IMG/VR virus record: IMGVR_UViG_3300012971_000034
Location: 1-40,240 of that record
Direction: 5' to 3' (one strand)
DNA from: a virus
Taxonomy: Duplodnaviria; Caudoviricetes
Length of the DNA stretch: 40,240 bases
In this document: piece by piece, positions 33,222 to 40,240 of the stretch
Position numbering within the stretch: position 1 is the stretch's first letter
How the letters are laid out: every line of letters starts with the position of its first letter
Made by a program: the position numbers and the translations under genes
The notes under the pieces: model-generated
The model's database searches: none
The model's input: the letters and a program-made list of their open reading frames with translations, nothing else
What the model was told of the DNA's origin: nothing

Positions 33222-33861
33222 GACCATTTCCTTTCTGCAGAGCAGCGCGGAGCGCGCTGAACATGTACTTGACAGTCACTTGCTGGCGCTGAGCCATTTC
33301 GGCTGACGTATCGCCAGCCTTGACGCCCGTAGTGACGTCAATCTCGTTGAGCGTGTCTGTGATGTCGGGATACCATTCAGTGCGGTAGGTGCAGCTGACG
33401 TTGTATTCCAGCTCGCACAGTGGCGTTTCGTTATTGGCGCCAGCGCTTCCCCAGACCTTGCGCGCGGTGCCGCGCACGATTGCCTCGATTAATGCGCCTT
33501 CTGGATTGCCGCTGGTCCAAACATTGTTGATGTGCGCGTCTGTCCAGAGCCGTTTCATAATTTCCAGGTGCGCAGCATCGACGCTTTTCTCTAATGCCAT
33601 CTGATCGTTGTTGGCGTGGACGACGGAAAAGCCGACGCGCAACGTGTGGGTGAACCTGATACAGCCGGCATTGGCATCGCCGTCCGGCGTCATGTTCTCG
33701 TCGATCTGATAGACGCCGAGATAAGGGATCAGAGCTGGCTGCACCGGCAGCATCTTGGTCTTGCGTCGCGTGTAGGCAGAGAAATACGGGTCCGTGTCCA
33801 ACGCGTTGAAAAACGCGTCGCGGATATCGAGCGACCAAGTCTGTTGCTCGGTGACGGGCAA
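33214..33861 (-). CDS. Putative tail terminator / completion protein
   Basis: Position between neck and sheath; DIRDA..AL...PYLGVY..DE pattern; TTG start. Confidence 0.72.
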   Translation of the reverse strand: MPVTEQQTWSLDIRDAFFNALDTDPYFSAYTRRKTKMLPVQPALIPYLGVYQIDENMTPDGDANAGCIRFTHTLRVGFSVVHANNDQMALEKSVDAAHLEIMKRLWTDAHINNVWTSGNPEGALIEAIVRGTARKVWGSAGANNETPLCELEYNVSCTYRTEWYPDITDTLNEIDVTTGVKAGDTSAEMAQRQQVTVKYMFSALRAALQKGNGHG

Positions 33862-33867
33862 GTTAGG

Positions 33868-34227
33868 TTATGGGGCTTTCTTGATGGCGCGTAGCTGCAG
33901 CGTGATTTCGCCGCCGCCGTTGTCCCACACATTGACGATTTCGAAATCGCCCTCGGCCGGCACGGCACCATCAGCTGGAATGTTGACGTGATCGCCTTGC
34001 ACGGGCGGCGTGGCGAATTCGCGAGCGCGGATGTCGAGGATGGTGTCCTGATCGGTCAGGAATGAATTATCGTCGAGCGGCACGTTGATTGTGCGGCTAT
34101 CCCAAATGCCGCGAGCCCCATAGGCCGCAGCTCCGCTGCCCTGCGAAACAGTCGGCGTGATCGTGACATCACGGCCGTACAGATCGTAGTTAGGTAGATA
34201 AACAAGCGTGGAGAAATCGACGCCCAA
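33868..34227 (-). CDS. Head-tail joining protein (gpFII-like head closure)
   Basis: RGIWD...LDIR..EF..PP.QGD...DNGGGEITL.L; TTG start. Confidence 0.78.
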   Translation of the reverse strand: MGVDFSTLVYLPNYDLYGRDVTITPTVSQGSGAAAYGARGIWDSRTINVPLDDNSFLTDQDTILDIRAREFATPPVQGDHVNIPADGAVPAEGDFEIVNVWDNGGGEITLQLRAIKKAP

Positions 34228-34231
34228 AAGG

Positions 34232-34615
34232 CTACCATTTCAGTTTGCTGTGCATCAGATCGATCATGCCCTTGATGAAGCCTTGTTCGAGCTGCTGCCG
34301 CAGATAGGGGCGCGTCGTTGTTTGCACGGGTGGCCGATGATGACGGCGTAGATATTTGGCATGCGTCATCGAGCGCGTCATTTCGTAGAACGAGTGACGG
34401 CGGATGCGCGTATAATATTTTTTCGACTGATCGAAGCGCCGTTGTGCTCGACGTCGTTTCGGCTGATGCACCGTCGGATTTTTGCGGCGCATGTCTTCGG
34501 CTTGCCAGTTATAAAATTCGGTCGGGATATCGTGCTCGGCAAACTCCTTGATCTTGTCCGACATCATGTTGAGTTTCTTTTCTACCGCAGTGGTATCGAT
34601 GTCGATGTTGAACAT
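34232..34615 (-). CDS. Basic neck/morphogenesis protein
   Basis: In the neck cluster; Arg/Lys-rich with C-terminal RPYLR; GAAGTG SD. Confidence 0.65.
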   Translation of the reverse strand: MFNIDIDTTAVEKKLNMMSDKIKEFAEHDIPTEFYNWQAEDMRRKNPTVHQPKRRRAQRRFDQSKKYYTRIRRHSFYEMTRSMTHAKYLRRHHRPPVQTTTRPYLRQQLEQGFIKGMIDLMHSKLKW

Positions 34616-34617
34616 GA

Positions 34618-35247
34618 TTACACTTCGAACCGGATGTAGTGATTTAGGAGATTTTCGACGGCCTTCATGCCTGGAGACGTGCCGCCGAGTTTCAGCAAAA
34701 CAGCATTGGGGTCGAAGTACATTACGCGGCTATCCTTGTGCACAATGGACCGAATGCCCGCGGTCTGCGCTTGCATCATTCGGATTTTTTCCTCGCGAAC
34801 CAGGATTGCAGTAGCTTGCTTCAACGCAAGTGGCGCCTCGGTGGGCAACACATAGCCGCCTGTATAATTAACAATGGCCGGCTCGCTCCAGCTGCCACCG
34901 TTGCCATTGAAAATCGAAATCTTGCCAGACAGATTTTCAACCTCGTAAGCACTCACGTCCAGAGTGGTGCCAGCAGCCGTTATGCTGGCAATGCTTTTGA
35001 TGGGCCAGTGGCTCATGAACAACCGACGATCCCCGATATCGCGCCAGCTCTCCGTTACGACTTCCTCGGCAAATGTTCGATTGCACATCGTGGTAATGAG
35101 CGCCGAATTCTCGCTGATCATCATCTGCAGCACTTGATCCTGCGATGTATCAGACGCCGACATGCCGAGCAGCAGTTTGCATTCAGCGAGCGTAAGAAAA
35201 TCAATGCTGGTGGCCGGCGTTATGATTTGAATATTTCGATCAGCCAT
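34618..35247 (-). CDS. Head-tail connector (HK97 gp6-like adaptor)
   Basis: LTLAECKLLL...CNRTF...YTGGY.LP.EAP.ALKQA...LL.HY. Confidence 0.88.
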   Translation of the reverse strand: MADRNIQIITPATSIDFLTLAECKLLLGMSASDTSQDQVLQMMISENSALITTMCNRTFAEEVVTESWRDIGDRRLFMSHWPIKSIASITAAGTTLDVSAYEVENLSGKISIFNGNGGSWSEPAIVNYTGGYVLPTEAPLALKQATAILVREEKIRMMQAQTAGIRSIVHKDSRVMYFDPNAVLLKLGGTSPGMKAVENLLNHYIRFEV

Positions 35248-35259
35248 CGGAGTCGCTTC

Positions 35260-36456
35260 TTACGATGTCTCGTCGTTGAACTGCTCAAAGAATGAGCGCA
35301 GTTCGAGCGGCGGGCCATCTTTGCCATCAGACATGATTGGCACCGCGATGAATTTCTTACGATCGATCCGCCAGGACCTAATCATCAGAGCGGCAGCGCC
35401 TGGCGCGCCAGCATCGCCGCTTGGTCCGCGCTCGCCGCGCTCGCCAGCCACACCGCGCTGACCCTGGCGAGCAATCATCTGCCAGCCTTCGCCAGGACAC
35501 GGGCCAGGATTGTCTTGGCGGGCGATGAATGACGCGCCATTGAGCACGACAATGTCCAGCTCCTGATAAGTCGGGAATTGCGTGCCGGGCTCATAGGTGC
35601 CGCGGACGTGGAATGATTTGCCGTCGGCGCCGGGCAGCGCGATTGGCATCCAGTCGGCATGTGGCGGAGCGTGGCCGGTGTCCGTCTTCGCCTGGTAGGT
35701 ACCGCCGAGATGAAACACACAATCGCCGGCATAGTACACGGCCTCACGCCAGCTCTTGATCATCGGTAGCTTGCCGTCCTTGCCGTCCTTGCCGTCCTTG
35801 CCGACCGGTCCAGGGGGACCAGTTTCGCCGCGCGCGCCGCGCTCGCCGGCCGGACCAGGTTCGCCAGCCGGCCCGGACAGCCCTATGTTGCCTTGCGCAC
35901 CATCCTCGCCGTCGGCCCCGCACAAGCCGATCGGACCCTGCTCACCCCTTTGGCCCTTCGGACCTGGCGGACCCTCAGGACCGCGTTCGCCAATCGGCCC
36001 ATGTGCACCGGGCTCCCCCTGCAAACCGCGCTCTCCGTCTTTGCCTGGCTCGCCCTGAGGCCCTCCAGGACCATCCGCGCCGGGCTGGCCGGGCTCACCG
36101 GTAAGCCCTTTTTCGCCGGGTGGCCCTGCCTCGCCTGCTGGTCCAACGTCGCCCTGCGGCCCGCGCTGGCCGTCGATCCCAGGCGGACCCTGCGGGCCAG
36201 GCTCCCCGTCCTTTAACGACGCCAGGCGATCGGCGACCATGCGATCGACTCCAGCCAGGCGCTCGACGATGGCGGCGCGCAGCTCAGCGATCACCTTGTC
36301 GGCTTGCGCCTGGACCAGTGCGAGCTGGCGCTGCCAAGCTGAGTCCTTGTCGGCGAGAATGCCACCAAGCGTCTCGCGCCAGGCATCAAGCAATAGTTCG
36401 CTGTGCGGCTCGATTGGCGGCTGCATGAAGTCGTCGGATTTCCCGTTGGACGTCAT
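35260..36456 (-). CDS. Collagen-like head/neck-associated protein
   Basis: N-terminal coiled coil, 49 consecutive GXY triplets, two aromatic beta-modules (W...Y..GD.V...G.TY.A; Y..LD.V..NG.SF.A); start uncertain, overlaps the portal 3' end. Confidence 0.85.
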   Translation of the reverse strand: MTSNGKSDDFMQPPIEPHSELLLDAWRETLGGILADKDSAWQRQLALVQAQADKVIAELRAAIVERLAGVDRMVADRLASLKDGEPGPQGPPGIDGQRGPQGDVGPAGEAGPPGEKGLTGEPGQPGADGPGGPQGEPGKDGERGLQGEPGAHGPIGERGPEGPPGPKGQRGEQGPIGLCGADGEDGAQGNIGLSGPAGEPGPAGERGARGETGPPGPVGKDGKDGKDGKLPMIKSWREAVYYAGDCVFHLGGTYQAKTDTGHAPPHADWMPIALPGADGKSFHVRGTYEPGTQFPTYQELDIVVLNGASFIARQDNPGPCPGEGWQMIARQGQRGVAGERGERGPSGDAGAPGAAALMIRSWRIDRKKFIAVPIMSDGKDGPPLELRSFFEQFNDETS

Positions 36457-37807
36457 CGGGCGTCACCTGCGGTTTAGGCGGCGAATGCGAGCCTGGCGCT
36501 GACGGAAGGCTGCCAGGTGTATGTGATGCGGGAGCTGTTGGAATTTTGTCGGCTGCAGAAAGTGGCACGACTTGGGCTTGCACCCGCGGTTCCTCGCCGA
36601 ATTGAACTTCCGGGAGTCCCTCTTCTTTGCGGGCTTCGTTCGGGCTGTAGATGCCGCCCTGAACGCCCTTTGCGAGCGCTTCGAGTCGATCCTTCATCGC
36701 CGAGCGCAACAGCGCATCCGTTGAAAATTCGACATACTCGTCGGGTTGGCCTTTCAGTTGAAAGAGCAGACCAAAAGCCTCTTCGATGTGATTGAGTGCA
36801 AAGCCTAAGCCGGTGGAAATCCAGAACTGCATGAGCGCCTCGGTCGAGGCAAATGTGTGCGTGCCGCCGAGGCCGAGCACTTGCAGCGGAATGCGAAACA
36901 CCAGCGCGATGTGTTCTTCGGTGATTTTCAGAATTTCAGCGAGCTGCGCGTCCCGCGGCGGTGTCGCCCATGGCTGCACCTTCAAGCCCGCGGTAAGGAT
37001 CGGCGTTTTGCCTTGATTGAGGCCGCGCGATTGCTCGTCCCACCGATCGCGCAATGCTTGCGTCTGATCTTTGTCCAATACTAAATCGGTTGACATCACG
37101 GCCGAGGGCCGCGCCTGGTTCATATAATACGTGAGCTGCTGCTGGCTGATTGCTCCGGTGACACCAATGTCATTGAGCGCCGCGAGCAGCGGCGACTGAC
37201 CCCAAAGTGGATAAGGATATTGTCGCGTGCGATCGACATGCATACGCACGTGCAGCACGTCGCGCTGCGGCACCACAAGCGGCCCCTCGATCATGCGCTC
37301 GACGATGGAGTTACCATATAAACGATAAAATACTGATCCATCGATCGCGACCTGCGGCCTCGATAGCATCGAGTCCATCAGATGCAATTCAGTAATCTCA
37401 AAACGATCGTTGCGCAGCGCCAACGCATAGGCGTTGCCTTCCAGATAAAGCATTCTGATCGCATTGAGCATGAAATCCGATATCGACTGATAAGCGTTCG
37501 GATGTCGAAGCACACGCGCCAGCGATGAAGTCTTGACGCGATCGCGACCACCTTTGTTGTTCAGCCGCCAGTGCTCGCCGGGACACATGGCGATCGTCTG
37601 CGAATACGCGCCGACGCAGGCCTCGACCATTGCAGTGCGCGCCCCCGATGGCGTGATGTTGTCGCCGAGCTGCCACCAATTTGTTGAAGAACCGTCAGGC
37701 AGCCAGCCGCCGCTGACCGGAAGGTAGTACGGGCCAGGCCTGTACTCGCCCTCGACGGCTTTCAAGACGGTGCGCATGGCGCTCGCGATCAGACTGCGCG
37801 CTGTCAT
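36386..37807 (-). CDS. Portal protein, HK97 family
   Basis: VEACV...IA, PN.YQ...F...L.L.GNAY, DVLHVR...G.SPL, IA.VF.IP, SPNEAR..EGLP. Confidence 0.96.
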   Translation of the reverse strand: MTARSLIASAMRTVLKAVEGEYRPGPYYLPVSGGWLPDGSSTNWWQLGDNITPSGARTAMVEACVGAYSQTIAMCPGEHWRLNNKGGRDRVKTSSLARVLRHPNAYQSISDFMLNAIRMLYLEGNAYALALRNDRFEITELHLMDSMLSRPQVAIDGSVFYRLYGNSIVERMIEGPLVVPQRDVLHVRMHVDRTRQYPYPLWGQSPLLAALNDIGVTGAISQQQLTYYMNQARPSAVMSTDLVLDKDQTQALRDRWDEQSRGLNQGKTPILTAGLKVQPWATPPRDAQLAEILKITEEHIALVFRIPLQVLGLGGTHTFASTEALMQFWISTGLGFALNHIEEAFGLLFQLKGQPDEYVEFSTDALLRSAMKDRLEALAKGVQGGIYSPNEARKEEGLPEVQFGEEPRVQAQVVPLSAADKIPTAPASHTPGSLPSAPGSHSPPKPQVTPDDVQREIRRLHAAANRAAQRTIA

Positions 37808-37837
37808 GAGATCATGAAGTTAGGAAATTCAGGAAAT

Positions 37838-37898
37838 GTGCGCCGGGCGCTTACAGTCGCCCCGACAGTTTGAAGCACGTCAATTCGTGCTGGCGCAC
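37838..37898 (-). ncRNA. Candidate three-way-junction RNA element upstream of portal
   Basis: GTGCGCC/GGCGCAC closing stem with AGCACG/CGTGCT and GGGCG/CGCCC hairpins. Confidence 0.45.
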
Positions 37899-37910
37899 TG
37901 GCGGCCCACT

Positions 37911-38195
37911 CTACTCGCGCGATGGTGCGCGATGCGTCGGAGCAGCACCCATCTGGCGCGTCTTATAATCCTGCGGCTTGCTCGCCTCGACGTGCCTGAT
38001 GTTCGGGTCCGGATCAGAACCATCAGCCTCATGTTCGGTGAAATGCGCACCAAGCGCCGCCAGGTCGTTTTCCTCCTGCGTCGGCGTCGGCTTGCCTTTC
38101 ATACGCTCAGCAAAATCCTGCTTCATTTTCTCGGTCGCCGGTTTTGCTTCTGCCAATGCTTTACGTGCATTCTCAGTTGCGGGATCATCCGCCAT
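37911..38195 (-). CDS. Hypothetical head-region protein (94 aa)
   Basis: AGGAG SD; KPTPTQEENDLAALG and YKTR motifs. Confidence 0.8.
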   Translation of the reverse strand: MADDPATENARKALAEAKPATEKMKQDFAERMKGKPTPTQEENDLAALGAHFTEHEADGSDPDPNIRHVEASKPQDYKTRQMGAAPTHRAPSRE

Positions 38196-38208
38196 GATCT
38201 AACTCCTG

Positions 38209-38311
38209 ATTTGTTTGATGGTGGTTGCAGGGGCCGGCTTCGCTCCGGCGACCTCTTGGTTATGAGCCAAGTGAGCTACTGGACTGCTCTACCCTGCTTT
38301 ATTTGTTTGAT
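38209..38311. repeat. 11-bp direct repeats flanking the tRNA
   Basis: ATTTGTTTGAT at 38209-38219 and 38301-38311. Confidence 0.9.
38222..38298 (-). tRNA. tRNA-Met (CAT), initiator-like, non-canonical T- and D-loops
   Basis: AGCAGGG TA GAGC AGTCCAGTA GCTC A CTTGG CTCATAA CCAAG AGGTC GCCGG AGCGAAG CCGGC CCCTGCA ACCA: 77-nt cloverleaf, stems paired apart from 1:72, encoded CCA. Confidence 0.88.
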
Positions 38312-40239
38312 CACCAAGTGACGCTCTGCGTCCACGCAACGGTGCCGGCGCGGCGCTGGACCCAATTGAGAGGGAGTACCATACGAAGAGCCATGCTATC
38401 AGTTTGGAAGAGAGAACGCTGCGGAGAGGCGACCGTTCCAGGAGAACCACTGACCAAATCAAGCGGCGACGTGTCCTCCATGTGGAGCGTCGCTTGATCT
38501 GACATGGTCATGATAGGTGCTTCCCCTCCCACTACAACAAAATCTGCGGCATCGATCAGGATCACTGTTTTAGCAGTTACGGTCGCTGAGTCAATCAGCG
38601 GAATGCCATTCAACGTCCCGCCACGAATTTCATCGCGGAAGGGGAAGATGCCGGTGTTGGTCGCTTGCAGCAACGATGCACGCAGCATATCGGTCGGGTT
38701 GACCAAAAAGGCTGGTGTCCTGACATTGCCGTAAGTATTTGTTGTTATCGCGCCGAGCAGCGCGGTGATGTCGCCGATCAGTGCGGCAAGGCCGCCGCCC
38801 GCCGTTGCCGTAGTCGCGGCAACGCCATTGAGCAGCCCCGCGGGCCTGATCGTGGTCGCCGCATTGCTATCGAGCAGCACAGTGTCAACCGCAACACTGG
38901 TGTCTTGCTGGATCGCTTCGCGGATCAGACCCTCGATCGCCGGAATACTGTGGTCATTCATTTCGCGGGTCCATACTGAAATGACGGCCATCTTCTTGGG
39001 CACAAGCGTTTGACTGCTGAACGCACCTTGCCGCACGGGGATCGCCATGCCTTCACCGACGAACGATCCGGCAATTGTCGGTGTACGATTGCGGGTCGGG
39101 ATGATGATGCGGCCAGCTCGCCCGAAGCTGAGCGCCAGACCTTTCGCCGCCAGCCGAGTCAGAATAGCCGCGGGCATCAAAAGCGGCATCAGGTCCGTGT
39201 AGGTCTGCTGCACGAGTTCAGCGGCCCAGCCAGCTACCGTAGTGATTGCGGGCGCGGACGCAGCACGCAAAATTAGGTCACAGATGACCTTAGTCGTTTC
39301 GTCTTCGCCGTAGACTTCCTGGCGCACATCATCAAACACGCGATGTGTGGCTCGCGACAGAATATTCACGGTGCCAGCCCTGACTAGATAATCGATCAGG
39401 TCCATTTCCTTCTTCTTGTGGATGATAGCCGGCGAGCTGACGATCCTCTCATGCTGATCGCCAGACGGCGCGTGATAGATGGTCATCCCGCGCCCTGTGC
39501 TCTGGCCATTGCTCACAGTCTTGGCCAGCGCCTTTTCCGAGTCGATCAGCGCCGTATGCTTTTTGGTGAGCTGACCGATTTCGGCATTCAAGTCTGTGAT
39601 GGTCTGCAGATCAACGTCGCTAACATTGCTGTCATCGACCTTCGTCCACATCTCCGCCAGCTTATCTTTGCTTTCAACAAGCTTGACTTCAATGTCACTT
39701 ATGCGTTGAGCGAGGCCATTCATGGCGCTGCCCTTTCCAGTTCGAGACGTATCGGCGTGCTTGCCGGTGAACCCGCGACGCGTAATCCGGTCTTGATTGC
39801 CGTGCTTGGCGAAAACCAGATCGAGCGTCGCAGGTGAAATGTTGAGCGACTTGGCGACCGCCAAGGCGTTCGGATTGGCTGGTACCGAAACCAGGGAAGT
39901 TTCGACCAGCTCAGACTTCAAAAAGCGTGTGCCCTTCCACGGGTCTTTGGCATTAATCGGTTCCTCCTCAATCGAGCGAAAGCCGACCGATACGGCTTTC
40001 AGAATATCGGCGTCAATCAGCTTGCGGATTTCATCGATGCGAGCCGACGTCCCAGCTGGCGCCATGATCAGGCGACCGCGCAGCGCTCCTTTTTCGACGC
40101 GCAAATCACTCCATCGGCCGATAACGAATGAAGGAGTATGGTTGAACAACGCAATGGGATTTTTTTGAAAGTTGGTCAGATCCCAAGAGTCAGCGTTTAT
40201 AATATCACCCAAGCGATCCGGTGTTTCGTCGGATAAAAT
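38311..40239 (-). CDS. Fused HK97 prohead protease + major capsid protein (5'-truncated by the window)
   Basis: Frame open to the edge (ILSDETPDRLGD); protease ALFNH, AVSVGF, ELVETSLVSVPANP; coiled-coil delta domain; capsid FVGEG..IP, PAGLLNG, SLFQTD..ALR. Confidence 0.96.
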   Translation of the reverse strand: MLSDETPDRLGDIINADSWDLTNFQKNPIALFNHTPSFVIGRWSDLRVEKGALRGRLIMAPAGTSARIDEIRKLIDADILKAVSVGFRSIEEEPINAKDPWKGTRFLKSELVETSLVSVPANPNALAVAKSLNISPATLDLVFAKHGNQDRITRRGFTGKHADTSRTGKGSAMNGLAQRISDIEVKLVESKDKLAEMWTKVDDSNVSDVDLQTITDLNAEIGQLTKKHTALIDSEKALAKTVSNGQSTGRGMTIYHAPSGDQHERIVSSPAIIHKKKEMDLIDYLVRAGTVNILSRATHRVFDDVRQEVYGEDETTKVICDLILRAASAPAITTVAGWAAELVQQTYTDLMPLLMPAAILTRLAAKGLALSFGRAGRIIIPTRNRTPTIAGSFVGEGMAIPVRQGAFSSQTLVPKKMAVISVWTREMNDHSIPAIEGLIREAIQQDTSVAVDTVLLDSNAATTIRPAGLLNGVAATTATAGGGLAALIGDITALLGAITTNTYGNVRTPAFLVNPTDMLRASLLQATNTGIFPFRDEIRGGTLNGIPLIDSATVTAKTVILIDAADFVVVGGEAPIMTMSDQATLHMEDTSPLDLVSGSPGTVASPQRSLFQTDSMALRMVLPLNWVQRRAGTVAWTQSVTW

Positions 40240-40240
40240 A

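Larger units (their letters stand above)
1..40240. mobile_element. Prophage (temperate; HK97-type head, Mu-like contractile tail), truncated at the right edge
   Basis: Integrase/excisionase at the left end, followed by recombination, lysis, tail, neck, portal and capsid genes; no host housekeeping genes; the capsid ORF runs off the right edge. Confidence 0.97.

Noticed and set aside
38222-38298. tRNA as the integration site
   Set aside because: It lies mid late operon, 38 kb from the integrase, with phage genes on both sides

Overview
The whole window is the left part of a temperate, contractile-tailed prophage of a high-GC alphaproteobacterium. Rhizobiales/Bradyrhizobium-like is an inference from gene style. 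An att-arm region, tyrosine integrase, excisionase, VRR-NUC nuclease and orphan adenine MTase lie on the minus strand (1-2.6 kb). A plus-strand early operon follows (2.7-10.1 kb): XRE regulator, YqaJ exonuclease, putative annealing protein and many small or Cys-rich ORFs. One long minus-strand late operon runs from beyond the right edge to a terminator at about 10.1 kb. It encodes an HK97 protease-capsid fusion (5'-truncated), a tRNA-Met(CAT), portal, collagen-like protein, neck genes, Mu-like sheath/tube/chaperone (with a -1 frameshift site), Mu gp43-48-like baseplate, two fibres, a YadA-type trimeric autotransporter and a lysis cassette. Most unusual: (1) two tandem paralogous tape-measure proteins with a shared scaffold and different enzyme cargo (SLT + alpha/beta-hydrolase + M15 peptidase versus a lysozyme); (2) an initiator-like tRNA with a rewired D/T-loop, flanked by 11-bp direct repeats; (3) a recurrent late-mRNA leader, hairpin + CAAACAAAUC + SD; (4) a receiver-less CtrA-like winged helix inside the lysis cassette. 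All family calls come from motif recognition by eye; no database searches were run.
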